Assembly: GCF_009914755.1 (NCBI RefSeq)
Contig: NC_060938.1
DNA: 64,000 nucleotides
From: the human T2T-CHM13v2.0 reference genome, Homo sapiens
Strand: one strand, 5' to 3'
Position numbers and translations under genes: made by a program. This document shows positions 1 to 14,435 of the stretch, one piece after another. The notes under the pieces were generated by a model. It saw only the letters and a program-made list of their open reading frames with translations. It did no database searches and was not told the DNA's origin. Position 1 is the first letter of the stretch, and every line of letters starts with the position of its first letter.

Positions 1-147
1 CAGAGTCAATGAGTTCTTACAGCCCTTGGATGCAGCCTTCTTCTGCAGCTAGGCTGGGATATTTTCCAGAATAGAATAGACATGTTCTAAAGTGTCTTGT
101 AGAAAAAGCACATATTGACAAGCTGTGGTTGAACCTGAATCAAAAAC

Positions 148-820
148 AGTCGGGCCCAGTGCTTTGGGAGGCCAAGGCAGGAGAATCATTTGAGGCTAAG
201 AGCGTGAAAGCAGCCTGGGCAACATAAAAAGACCCGCATCTCTACTAGTCCCTTCTCACACTGCTAATAAAGACATACCTGAGACTGGGTGATTTATAAA
301 GAAAAGAGGTTTAATTGGCTCACAGTTCAGCATGGCTGGAGAGGCATCAGGAAACTTAAAATCATAGCAGAAGGGGAAGCAAGCATGTCTTTCTTCGCAT
401 GGTGGCAGAAAGAGATGTGAGTGCTGAGAGAAGGGTGAAGCCCCTTATAAAACCATCAGATCTCATGAGAACTCACTCACTATCACAAGAACAGCATGGC
501 AGGAACTGCCTCTGTGATTCAATTATCTCCACCTGGCTCCTTCCACAACACGTGGGGATTATGGGAACTACAATTCAAGATGAGATTTGTGTGGGACAAA
601 GCCAAACCATATCACCGCCTCTACAAAAAAAAAAATTAGAAAAATTAGCTGTATGTGGTAGTATGCACCTGTAGTCTCAGCTGCTCTGGAGGCTGGGGCA
701 GGAGGATTGTTCAAGCCCATGAGGTCAGGACTGTAGTAAGCTATGCCTGCACCACTGCACTGCACTCCAGCCTGAGTGAGGGTGAGAACTTGTCTCTTAA
801 AAAGAAGAAGAAAAAAAAAA
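148..820 (+). mobile_element. AluJ-type SINE, split by a THE1 LTR; 5' A-box region deleted
   Basis: Left arm (gctttgggaggccaaggcaggagaatc...cagcctgggcaacat) at 148-240. Linker, right arm (cctgtagtctcagct...cactgcactccagcctg) and A tail at 615-820. Confidence 0.9.
241..614 (-). mobile_element. THE1 (THE1C/D-like) MaLR solo LTR
   Basis: Ends with gccaaaccatatca (reverse of TGATATGGTTTGGC) and starts with tctactagtcc (about TGTATTAGTCC). About 374 bp, with a degenerate 5-bp TSD gcatc/ccgcc. Confidence 0.92.
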
Positions 821-1494
821 GCTTGAGATGTTACTTTGAGTTCCTGTAAATCGTTAATTAACTATCTGCTGCATTAAGAAATATTTACATATAGAAACAA
901 TAAAAGTGTCCTCAATAGGAGACAGCAGAAGTAAACAAAGCCACATTTGCCTGATGGAAAACAATAAACATAAGGGATTAAGTAGTTCCACATAGTGATG
1001 TGAAGATAAAACATAGTATTAATTACATAAAGGGAAGCACAGAAGAATCTGTATAATATGATGTCCTTGTGTCAATAAACTTAAAGCATGATAAGTAGAT
1101 ACCTGAATATTTATGTGATGGTATATGTATTTATTACTGTATTCTGGGGTGGAATGAGTTAAAATAACCTACTAATAATTGTTAGCTTTGAGTAAGAGAA
1201 AACAAAATATTCTTTTACAAAATTTTTTGTTACCTTCTCTATGGTTTGCACTTTATAAATGTGCATGTTTATTGTTTTTACTTCTTTAAAAGCAATCCAA
1301 CTATTAATAATGTAGGTGACCATTTGTGGCATCATTAGTAGGTTTGTTGCCTTCCTGACTTCATATGTAAAACAGCAACACATAAACTTTAAAACCTTAA
1401 AGTTATGTATAAAGAAATTGCCTGTCCCTGGAAATGAAGTTCAGTGTTCACCAGTATTAAAAAAATTTAATTTTTGTAGATTTACCTTTAATTT

Positions 1495-1627
1495 TTTAAT
1501 TAAAATTTTAAATTGACACAGAATAATTGTACATATTTATGGGGTACATAGTGATGTTTGGATACATGTATAGTGTGGTCAGATCAGTGTAATTAGCATA
1601 ACCATCATCTCAAATATTTATCATTTA
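1495..1627 (-). mobile_element. L1MA-type 3' end fragment
   Basis: aattgtacatatttatggggtacatagtgatg...taattagcata matches the reverse of the L1MA 3' UTR. Confidence 0.8.
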
Positions 1628-1993
1628 TTGGAAGAGGTATTTTTAAATATAAAGCAATTTTAGTGGTAATGAAGACTGAATAGATAAATCAATTGTTGAG
1701 ACTTAGCTCCACGTTGATGGCTAAATATTTTATTTATACTTAAATCCTGAACCTGTTTTGTTAGCTCTTTCACCACATTGCAGAAATTAATGATTAAAAT
1801 TTACTGACAGCATAATACTTTAGGAGGTGAAGCCTAGTGATTAACCACAGACCTAAAAGTGGGGGGAAAAAGATCAGAGGTATTAAACTTAGGGCAAGTG
1901 TATTATAAAAATCTATCAGTGAATTCTTCTTTTTAATCACTAAATAATAAGCTCCATGAAAGCTGATATTTTTATTAAATTTAGTCCCCATTT

Positions 1994-2076
1994 TCCTCAC
2001 TGCCTAGAACACTACCTGGCAATTGATATATTTTCAATAAACACTTGTTGAATGAAAGTTCAAATGAATGAATGAA
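1994..2076 (+). mobile_element. L2 3' end fragment
   Basis: gcctagaaca...cctggca...caataaacacttgttgaatgaa...gaatgaatgaa is the typical L2 tail. Confidence 0.65.
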
Positions 2077-2403
2077 CCGTGTGAACACCATGGAAAGTAG
2101 TAAATTTCTTTCTTTGCTTTTTTAATTTATGAGAATTTAAACTTCATAATTGCATTCATTGTGAAATACTTTACACTGAGAAGTATAGAAATGGAAAAAT
2201 AAAAATTAATTATGTGATGTGTCAAATATGCCTTTTAAATTCAACTTAGTATATTTTACTGATACTGGGACTTAGATAAGAGAACTATCATAGAATTAAT
2301 AACTGCTTTGAGCCTTTTTTTAAAAAAACACTTTACCATAAATATAATTTGTGTGTGTTCACAGCCGTTATTCAAGTGCATTTGAAATGTTTAGAACAAA
2401 ATC

Positions 2404-2614
2404 ATCTGTGATCCCTGCACATTGGGAGGCCACGGCAGGATGATTGCTTGAAGCAAGGAGTTCCAAACCAGCCTGGGCAACATCGTGAGACCCTGTCTCC
2501 ACAAAAAATAAAATATTTTCCTGGCAGGGTAGTAGGCTCCTCTACTGTCCCAACTACTTGGGAGGCTGAGTCACCCTGGGTGATGGAGCAAGGCCCTGTC
2601 TCTAAGGAAAAAAA
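2404..2614 (+). mobile_element. AluJ-type SINE with a deletion in the right arm
   Basis: Left arm and linker are present. The right arm jumps from gggaggctgag to ccctgggtgatggagcaagg before the A tail. Confidence 0.85.
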
Positions 2615-3905
2615 TATCAAAATTAAACCAAAAGCTTGGACTCAGTAATTTATGGTGTTCAGGGATTTAGTGCAACAGATGAAAAAATTGTTACTGCCCA
2701 AGATTTTTGCAACCTTTCTCCTTCATCCAGCACATAGGCTGAAGAAAGTGGCCCAACTCCAGAACCCAAAATGACAAAGAGAAAAAGAAATTCTAAGATA
2801 TCTGTATAAATCTAGAGCAGCAGTCCTGTACCAAATCATTAGTCATGGTTTAAAATTTACAACTACCCAAATAATAGCAAATGCATCAATGACCATCACA
2901 CTAGTAAAAATGTACACCAACTGCCTACCATTTTTGAGAGCCTGTAGGGATACAGAAGTCCTAAAACAGTGTATACAGACAATTGTAGAGAAAAACAAAT
3001 TTCTGAAACGGATACAATGATGTTGCCATTAAATTTTATTTTTTCCTTGGAAAGACAAGGGCAAAACTAGGCAAACACCTCCACTGCAAATTCTGAAGAC
3101 CATTCCAAAGTCTTACGTAAAAACAAGCAAATTCAGATTTGTCAGGTGTGTCTTACAATTATGTGTGCACTCAAAAATATCATCTAATACATCTCTACAA
3201 TTGAAGCCCTGATATCTAACACGCTAGACATCTAATATTTACTAAAAGCCTGCTGAGAAAATATCAGCCTCTTTCGTGTAGTAGTTTATCCTAATTGATT
3301 GGCTGGAATAAGGAGGTGTATCTCTTGGAGTATCAGAAAAAAAAACTAGGAAACACTGCCATTTCTTTCTGCTGAGACAAATGATCCATGGCCTACTCAT
3401 TCTATAGGACTCTACAAGGTGTAATCTCAGCACTTTGCTTTGCCTAAATGCAAGGAAGGACCTTTTCTGAAGCCTTTTAATTTCTAGGGAGAATGGCTGG
3501 CTTTCTGAAATCAGACATTTTGAGTTGCATTATTTTAGCTATTAAGAGTGTGTTGAGCAGCAAGTATTCCCAAAGCGTGGTCCAGAACAGACAACTATCT
3601 CATCAATAGTTGGAGGCTGGGATCCGAAAGTGTAATACCTTGAGAGTATGGAGTGACTTTCCTCTCTAAGGATTGTAACAGTGGTGTTCCTTCAAATTTT
3701 AAATACACTCCAAAGTAAGAAAATAGCTGAAGGGTCTTTTGTCTGTATGTACTTGTATAAAATTTCACTTTGTACAATGGTACGTACATACTACATTAAG
3801 TTGCTCTGGAGATCTTTAAAGTGTGTATGATCTTGGGTTCTTTGAGTTCAGAATAAATACTAAATAAATAAATGTGTATAATAAAAAAGACAGGGAGAAA
3901 GAAGG

Positions 3906-4030
3906 AGCTGAGCAAGGTGGGATATGCCTGTAGTCCCAGCTATTTGGAAGTTGGGATGTTCGCTTGAGCCCAGGAGTTAAAAGACCAGCCTGGCCAAGAG
4001 ATTGGGACCTTTGTCTCAATTAAAAAAAAA
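3906..4030 (+). mobile_element. Alu monomer (FLAM-like)
   Basis: gcctgtagtcccagcta...cgcttgagcccaggagt...agaccagcctgg followed by an A tail; single arm only. Confidence 0.8.
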
Positions 4031-5096
4031 AGAGAGAGAGAAGAAAAAAAGAATAGAAAATTCATGGCAACTAGAAATATACACAGCCCCTAGAGTAAGT
4101 CTGTGCAACTATGCAAAATGTAAAAAAAAAAAAAAAAGGACATAAAAATGGAAGCTCCCTTTTTATACACTTAAATACCATGGCAATGTCGAATTTGTCT
4201 ACATTTTTTGAAACACTCTGAATGTCTACATTTGTCTCAGAGGAAACATGTAACAAACATTCCACAAATAAACAGATCTCCAAATTGTGTTTTGAGTAGC
4301 TCTACTTTAGACTATGCTGAGGTAAGAATTAATGAGGATACGTTATGTGTAAAGAAATACATATATTAGAACTTATTTCATACTTCTATAAGAATAATGT
4401 TTCCGTAGATGATCTTTTCTTGCTTAAGATTTTCTGACTACTACTCTGATCACTGGAATTAAAAAGGCCCTTAAATTGGAGCTAAGTAAAATAATCTTTG
4501 ATGTTAGTTATCAACACATTGTTTTATTACTAATAATAATTTACTACTTTGTCTCTCAAACTCTAGAGACAGTCTGACTAAACCATTTTTTCTAGAGGCC
4601 TTAAAAAAATTACAAAAATATACTTAGAATTTACAGCTCTAATACTATCAAAATCCTATCTTTTCATATAACTGAAATTAATATTATCACTTTATTTTGA
4701 GAGCTACATTTAGTTGCAAACTGACCTGGTAACCAAAATTTTTTTCTAATAATCTCTATCTCTAGACCTTATACTATTTAATGTCCTGCTGCTATCAACA
4801 GAATAGTAAATTCTCAGGCCAGATAATCTAGATTTACATTATATACACATTACATTAAAGTTACTAAACTTTAATATTTGAGGCATTAAAGAATAAAGAG
4901 GAAAATCAGCTTTTTCTTTTCTTTTTTTGGTTATAAGAGTGCAAGTGCAGAAATGAGTAGACCAATGAAGAGAATTGTACAGTGGAAGGTAAACAGTGAA
5001 TTAGCCATAACTGCAGACACTGGGCTTAAACAGTAACCCTGGTGAGGTAGGCACCCACTTTGACTTCCAGCTATAAATTAACAATAATTATTACTG

Positions 5097-5120
5097 TAAT
5101 AATAATATAATAATAATAAT
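5097..5120. repeat. Imperfect (TAA)n microsatellite
   Basis: taataataatataataataataat. Confidence 0.85.
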
Positions 5121-5297
5121 CCAGAGATTATAGCCTGATGTGATATAGTAACAGACAGATGTACAGTAGTTTCCAAGTCCCAATTAATGTGAATGAAACT
5201 ATTTATAGAAGCTCATCATGCAATCATACCAAAGTGTTTATTTTGTTCTGGGACTTAAGACTTTAGTTACGATCGTTATACCAATGCAGAAGTTTCA

Positions 5298-5669
<372 letters not shown>

Positions 5670-7153
5670 TTAAAGGGTAGCATTTTATCTCTCATTTGCT
5701 CATGGGCACTCATTTAAGAAAAATGCAAAATGAATTGTAGTTTTTGTTGTTCCACAAGCCATTCTGAAAACAAAGCTATTGATGGTGAAGAAGGTACCAT
5801 GTAAGTTACATTCTATGTGAGGTCAGTACTTACCAAAATCTATTTGGGCTTTTACATATCAGAATCATTATCGACTGTTGCTACTTGGTATAATGTTCTA
5901 AAATAAATGTTGTAATTATAAAGATATATAAAAGGTGATGTCTTGTATCTGTGTGTATGGGTGTGTTGAGTAGTAAAAAGCTACTTTAAAACATTTAAGA
6001 ACATTATACTATTTAGCATCTGCATCTTTAAAAAAAAGGGTCCCTGGCTGATTAACTGTAATATGATCGTAGAAACAAGAAATATGGTGAATTGATTGAC
6101 ATAGTGATGAAAAACTGTAATCAGCAAATCTCCACACCCTATGGAAATTTTGCACTATGTCCTTAGCCTGGGGAACTGCTGGCAGATTCCACTCAAGTTC
6201 ATAAACCATAGCATGCTCAAGAGGAAACAGAAAGGAGAGAACCACAAGATTGTACCAGACTGAGGAGAACTTGAAAAATGTCATCTGGATGTGATTCATT
6301 TCTCACCATATTTTCAGCTGCACTAATTTCAAACTTAGAGGATGTGGTTTTGTCACTTGTGATGAAACAGAACTGCCTGTTTCTAGTGCCATTTTACTGT
6401 ATGACCTCAGGGCATGAGAACTGGGCAAGATCTCTACAGCCTGCCATGTGAAACTGAAACAAAGGAAAGGAGTTAGATAAAAGAGAAAATACACACGCCC
6501 TCCCTTTCCAGTCTCTTTCAAAAGAATTCCATCTCTTGGAGGGTAAATCACAAATGGAGACCATTTTGGAAGTTTCCTGTTGATGATAATCGGGGACCCG
6601 TTACCTATTGAAGCATGAGTACAAATTCCACCACTGATAAAGCAGGTGCATTTTTACACTATTGGAATATTCATGATAAAAGAGCATGTTGCTAAGTATG
6701 GCATTAATTTGACCCCTCTTGCTTCCCAGAGCTCAGTCGCTCCAGTATTAAGTTCAATGCTGTTTATTTAAAATGCAGATATTCCAGTTATTCTCTGCAT
6801 TCTATGACATTGATAGCACAACAACAACTATACATGGCAAGAAAATAATTTCATGTCAAATATATAACTCTCCTGGAAGAGGGCTTTCTCAATGGTAAGA
6901 TGTGAAGAGGTACATTTTCTCAGCATAATACGTAGGCTAATCTGCCACTTACAACAAGTATGCAATAATAGGTGGACAGGAGACAAAACCACGCGCACTC
7001 AAGCTTCTGGAATTGTTATATTCCAGGGCAATGCCAGAGATGCTGAGAGCATTCTGTACAATTTTCCAGAAGCTTTGACCTCATCCTTTTTAGCTCAGCG
7101 TAGCATTTGAAATGCATACCCAGATGAATATCCAGACACAGCTCTGCTTTATA

Positions 7154-7475
7154 CAGATGCTCCTAGACTGACAATGGGGTTACATTCTAATAAACCCATC
7201 ATAAGTTGAAAATAGAGTAAGCCAAATGTATTTAATATGCCTAACATACTGAACAGCATAGCTTAGCCTCATCGGGCAAAATCATGAAATACAAAGCCTA
7301 TTTTATAATGAAGTGTTGAGTAGCACATGCAATTTATTGAATATTGTACTGAAATTGGAAAACAGAATTGTTGTATGGGTACCCAAAATATAGTTTCTAC
7401 TTAATGCGTATCACTTTTGCACCATCAAAAAGTTGAAAAATTGTTGTCAAATCATGATAACTTGGGCACCATCCG
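7154..7475 (+). mobile_element. MER47A (TcMar-Tigger non-autonomous DNA transposon)
   Basis: TA|cagatgctcctagactgacaatggggttac start and cttgggcaccatccg end (decayed terminal inverted repeats); the interior matches recalled MER47A with an internal deletion. Confidence 0.88.
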
Positions 7476-8385
7476 CAGTGGCATTGTACTGAGGCTCTTA
7501 GAAACACAGAGGATCCCCACAGTATGAGGGGAATACGTTAAATATAGCCTTCACATAGCACATCGCAAACTAATAGGAAGAAGATAGAAGGGAAAAGACG
7601 ATCTCCTCTCAAGTGTGCAAAGATTCTGGGGATTTTCAGATATATTTATATTTTTTCCTTCTGGAAATTATTTCTAGAAAATTTAGCAGAGCTGATCATC
7701 CTTTTCAAGACAAAGACTTACTACCTGGGCTGGAGCCGTGAAGAGCTTGGTTCTTTTGAAAATGTCTCTTACTGTCTGTGTGGCCTTAGATAAATGTCCT
7801 AAAATTCTTGAGTCAAGTACACTCAGATGAAGTATCTACACCTATTACACCTGTGGCACAGGCAGGGCATGTAAGAATGATCTTTAGAATGAAACTGGCA
7901 CTTCCAGAGACATGGTCATAATAGAGACAGATTGCTATGCTCACTAGAATGGACTGTCACAGTACAAGAAACACCTTATACATTTAGACAATATGTTTGG
8001 TAGCAAGTGTTTTTTGATTATTTCTAACTTAACTGGAAAAGTCAATTAACAATACAGTCTCTTGGCAATTGTTACTCCTGATAGTAACATGTAGGCTCAC
8101 GGAAGCGCATGTGCTCACAATATGCCAGTTTATAGCAAGGAAAGGAAGTACATGAAAAAATTAGCACCTTGCCAGACACTAATAAATGAGGATTCCATCC
8201 CTTCCCCTCCCCCACTGAGCTCTCTGTTCTTGACAAATGTGTTATACATGTGAATTATATATTTAAAAGTTATTTTATATTGAAAATAGGTTTTAAAAAA
8301 GAGTGATCAATACGATGTTTTACCAAAACAAAGTTTTATTATTCTTTTGTATTTCTTTATTTTTCTTTCTTCTTTTGTTTTCCAC

Positions 8386-8700
8386 TTTTATTTATTTATA
8401 TATATATTTATTTATTTATTTATTTTTGATGGAGTCTTGCTCTGTCGCCCAGGCTGGAGTGCAGTGGTATGACCTCAGCTCACTGTAACTTCCACCTCAG
8501 GGTTCCAGTGATTCTCCTGCCTCAGCCTCCCAAGTAGCTGGAATTACAGGTATGTGCCACCATGTCCAGCTAATTTTTGTGTTTTTAGTATAGATGGGTT
8601 TCAGTTGGCCAGGCTGTTCTTGGACTCCTGACCTCAGATGATCTGCCCTTCTCGGCCTCCCAAAGTGCTGGGATTACAGGCGTGAGCCACCACGCCCAGT
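8386..8700 (-). mobile_element. AluSx-type SINE with (TTTA)n tail
   Basis: Complete reverse dimer; TSD tgttttccac on both sides. Confidence 0.96.
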
Positions 8701-10107
8701 TGTTTTCCACCATTTTTTAGTTGATTTATTTCCTAGTAATTTCATAGTTCTAGTCAGAAGATAAGAGGTCTAGCAGTGAACTTCCTTGAGATGGCAAAAA
8801 GGGATACTATTTTTCTGCTTCCATATAGTACATGGCAAGTTAATAGGAAGAAGATAGAAGGAAAGAGATTTTGCAGAAGTTATATTCAATATTCAGGAGA
8901 CTGTGGGGAATGTTAGCAGATATAGATGCATACACACAAATTTCCAGGAGTGTATTCAGCAGGATGTAAAATTAAGGGATTGTTATTTTATCATCATTTT
9001 AGAAAAAGACATACTTAATATTTAACCAAATCCTACCTAATCTTTTAAATGAATATAGCAGAATGAAAAAATAGGCTTGAGTATGTTCCTAGATATAATT
9101 AAGACTATTTTAAGGTATAAATAGTAATGTCTTCTCTATTCTTAGTCCAACTAATGGTACAAAAGAAAATCTTATGCCATCCAGTCGTTCATTTGCGATT
9201 TATAGTAACACAGAGACATTAATTCAGAACAGTGATTGGATCCATAAGCTGCTAATCAAAAGAGGTCTAATGACTCAGGTCTGGAGCCTCATGTTTGTGG
9301 TCTGTGAGCCTCTTGGTATATTGGAAAGAAAATGTCTGAGAGATGCACCAAACCAACACCAAACAGGTGATAGTTTGAATGGATTCGAAAGGCAAGTATT
9401 TGAAGCAGGAGGAACTTTCTGATCTACAGACAGTTTCTTCCATAAATACCCCACCCCCAACACATACACATACACCCCAGGCACCAGACTCTAGTCTTAA
9501 AAGCTAAGCACAGAGAAAGGCTGGTTGTTAGTGGTGCAACCAGGGAGGATCAGCTTAGAAGTATTATATTTAATCTAGGCTGACTTCTCGCATCAAGGAC
9601 AGGGTGGATTTGGCTGTCTGGACCTTTATCAGCAATTTTTCCTTTTGAGCACTTTGATTTGGCAAGCATTTCCACTATCTGATGGTCCTGAATTTAAGAA
9701 TGTATCCCAGATTAAGTTCATCTCGTACATTTTTCCTTACTGTATAAATTTAGGAACACAGTTTGGTATGATTAGCTACAAATTGTAAAACAAAACTTTT
9801 GCTAAAGTTAGCATGTTAAAGCACAACATATTAAATATCTAGGATTCAATATTGTTTATTTTGTACAAAACACTTCTTACTTCTTACCTTTTTTCTTCCA
9901 CTTGATCAAGAAGTAAATAATCAGGAAATGTTTACAACAGGCAGAGGCTATGTCCCTCTTCAAGAGACATCCTAAGATTTCACTCATGGCCACATCATGC
10001 TTGGTGGAATGCTTACACAAAGAGCCCGATTTGCACAACCTGATTCCCAGAGAAGGGGACATTTGAGGGAAAGTAAAAGAGAATAAGCATGTCACGTATT
10101 TTGCAGA

Positions 10108-10113
<6 letters not shown>

Positions 10114-10159
<46 letters not shown>
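10114..10159. repeat. (TG)23 microsatellite
   Basis: Perfect TG run. Confidence 0.98.
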
Positions 10160-10160
<1 letters not shown>

Positions 10161-10474
10161 CATCTCTCTCTCTCTAGTGGCTAGAACTGTCATGCCTGGT
10201 AATCTCATTAGGGTAGTGGTTAGAGTTCAAGAAAGGCTTCATAAAAGGGATTCATAGAAAAAAAATAACCTGTAGCATCATTTACCACTTAGCCTTACCC
10301 TCCTCTTTGGGGTGCCACAATTTACTCTCATGGGAGTGACTTAAAAAAGGCCAAATAATTGGCAGCCACATTTTCATTTTGTGCAAATTTCTTGTCTTTG
10401 TAAATGTTTTATTCCTCCCATGTAAATGGTTATCAAATCAGAAATATGACAAGCATTTGGGTCGTAGGTAAATT

Positions 10475-11153
10475 TGTAATGGGTTAATTTTGCCTGCTGC
10501 CCCAATAGAGCTGATTTATCAAGACAGGGGAATTGCTATAGAGAAAGAGTATAATTTACACAGAGCCAGCTATACGAGAGACTGGAGTATCATTATTCAA
10601 ATCTGTCTCCCCAAAACTTTGGACACTGGGGATTTTTAAGGATAATTTGGTGGGCACAGGGCCAGGGAGTGGGGTCAGAAAGGAAATCACAAAGAGTCAA
10701 ACTGGATTCTTCTTGCTGTCTTCTGTTCCTAGATGGATCACAGAATTGGTTGAGCCAGATTACCTATCTCGGTGGCATCGCCTGGTGAATCAGAATGCAG
10801 GGTCTGAAAAATATCTTGAGCACAAATCTTAGGTTTTACAATAGTAAAGCAACTGGGGAGGTTTGGAATCTTGTGGCCTGTGGTTGCATGACTCCTAAAC
10901 CATAATTTCTAATCTTTTGGCTACTTTGTTAGTCTTACAGAGGCAGTAGTCTGGTCCCCAAGCAAAAAGGAGGTTAGTTTTGGGAAATAGCTGTTATCAC
11001 CTTTGTTTCAAAGTTAAACTATAAATTCCTTCCAAAGTTAGTTTGAACAAGGGCAGCTTAGAGGTTAGAAGCAAGATGGAGTAGGTTTGGTCAGATCTCT
11101 TTTCACCTTTGTCATTTTCTCAATGTTACATATGTTTTGCAAAGGTGATTTCA
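10475..11153 (-). mobile_element. LTR8-family (ERV1, HUERS-P1) solo LTR
   Basis: Right end ttttgcaaaggtgatttca and ttagaagcaagatggagt are the reverse of the LTR8 start. TG...CA termini with 4-bp TSD AATT (10471-10474, 11154-11157). Confidence 0.88.
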
Positions 11154-13124
11154 AATTTAGGGCTAATCTGATGCCTAATGATTTTTAAATCTGGATATGT
11201 ACTGCATCTAGAAAGCAGAACAGACATTATTTCACTGATACTTAAAATTAGGGTTTCCAAAAGGGAAGAAATGAAAATCTCAATTCACTTTAACTTGCGG
11301 CCAGGTCCGATATTTTAAACTCTAGTTCCTGATGGCATCTTAAATTCAGCAAAATACTTTTACCCAACACCTTTGGAGAAGGAAGGAGAGGGGAGAAAGT
11401 ATATGTATGTGTATATAAGTATGCATACTTCTCAAAACCAGACCCCCTCCTTTCTTAGCCAAAAGTATAAAAATCACATGCAAAACTCCTTGTTAGGGAC
11501 CAACAGTAAGTGCTGCTACCACCCTGGGCTGTCAATGGTGCCTTTCTGCTTGCAGCCTGGGACAAGCCACCTTTGTTTTTGAACAACATTCAGCAATTGA
11601 CCTGGCTGATCTTCCACTTCTTTCCCTTTCTTTCTGGCTGCTTCAAAAGAATGATTCTTTTGTTGATGGCAAACCAGCAGAGACTTGGCAGCACCTGTCT
11701 TTATTTAAAAAACTGATGCCTGGCAGTTACCTTTTTATTTTTTCTTTTTTAGCATGAATGAATCTGCAAGAGGTTAATGGTGCCCAGTAGCACTATTATA
11801 ATTAAAATTCTGCCAGTATTTTTATAACAACTGTAGATTTCCAAAAACAACCTGGAAATGCTTTGCAAACAATTTAGAAAGTAGTACTAGAAATCGTTTT
11901 TGAGGTATAACAATACGCGCACGCACACTATAGTTTTGGCCTAATTCCTGCTTACCAGAATAACTGACTACCATGCTGCTTACTTGTTTACTTTGAAAAA
12001 CAAAAAAAGCGAGTCTGTTTTACGTCAGGTGAACTACCTTATCTACATGTGATTATCCAACAGGGAAAATCATGTCTTTCTAACGCAGTATATTCTTATG
12101 GCATATTGTCTCTGAATATTCTCAAAGGTAAGTACTTAGGTATCAGGATGTTAAATGGGGTTTTCTGTTGTCTTAGTATTTTGGCTAATGTCCAGAGCTG
12201 AAACCAGTTGCTTTAAGGTACCAGCACATTTTAAAAGAGTACCTAGACCCATCTGTGGGACCCACTGAAAAAGAGCAAAACCATTTCTGACATCATTTGT
12301 TTAACACCCACTTGCCATCTGCATTTTCAGGTTAGAGATTTATCAGAGCAAATGAAGCTCATTTGGAAGAGTGTTGAGTGAGTGTTGATAAGACAGGGAG
12401 TGGATAGCTTTTCCCTCCCTTCCCAAACCAAGTGAGAGTTTTGATAAAACTGGTTGAATAGAGAGTGGCTGCTTGCCAGAAGGGCCAACCAGAAATGCTC
12501 TCTTCAGCTGTGTGCTTGACCAAGGTTGACATGCAAAGTTGCAAGTGCCCCCTGGAACGTGAGGAATATTGAAAATGTCCCTGACTCCTGTAGGAAAATA
12601 CCCATTATTTTCACATCTGCCATGAAACATTACATGTAATCAATAAGTTGCAGTACCTACTGAAGGTCCTTTTCATTTATTTATTTATTTATTTATTTAG
12701 CCTTTTTAACTTTTCTCACAATTTTGGCAAAAGCAAACACAGCCTGCTGGGGTTAAGGGGGTGGGGGAGGAGCAGACAGTGGTGGCTGGAGCAACAAGAG
12801 GGAAAAAGAGACTCTGAGACTCAATCCCTCACACATATCCCCACTGTGGGCCTCTGAGATGCTGAGATAAGACAAGGTGAGACTTAAATGAGTGAAACAC
12901 TAAGACTTTTAATTGAACGTGATGTAGAGGTGTAGATTAAATGAATGTTGTATGACTACAAATTAATACAATTCTAATATTCACAAGTGGCAAAAGTGGG
13001 ATCTCCCTGAAATGCTATCAATTACCAGAAAAACAAACACAGCAAATTATTTGAAACCAGAAAGGGAAGAACAAATCACTAGACTAGTTCCACTAATAGG
13101 CCATAGTAAAAAGAAATTATGTAG

Positions 13125-14033
<909 letters not shown>

Positions 14034-14284
14034 GTAGTTTAAACATAAGTATGAAAATTCATATTTTCTATTATTTTACAAATCAGTAATCTTACAATAA
14101 TACAAGTTCAAAGATAACCCTTAGCTTTTCTCCATCTGCAACTTTAAACCTAAAGAGAATTTTGAAGCCAACCACAGTAGTTTTAGAAAAACTGCCACAG
14201 TCAAAAGCTTTCAAGAGGGGTCATCTTGTAATGACCTGCTTGGATTCATGTGAAAGGATCGTAGGGTGAACATTAATAATAAAA

Positions 14285-14435
14285 TGAGATAAATCTGAAT
14301 TTGAGTTTCTGCTCTCACATTTGCTATCTCTTAGGAAGTCAATTACTTAATTCTCTGCATTTCTAGTTATTCATTTGTAAAATAATAAGTAATAAACACT
14401 GTTTCATACATTTGTTGAAAGGATGAAATAACTTA
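14285..14435 (+). mobile_element. MIR
   Basis: Decayed MIR core (aattacttaattctctg...ttcatttgtaaaat...ttgttgaaaggatgaaataa). Confidence 0.6.

Noticed and set aside
3560-3850. Possible MER5/Charlie-like DNA transposon relic
   Set aside because: Only a short terminal resemblance (cccaaagcgtggtcc), too degenerate to call.
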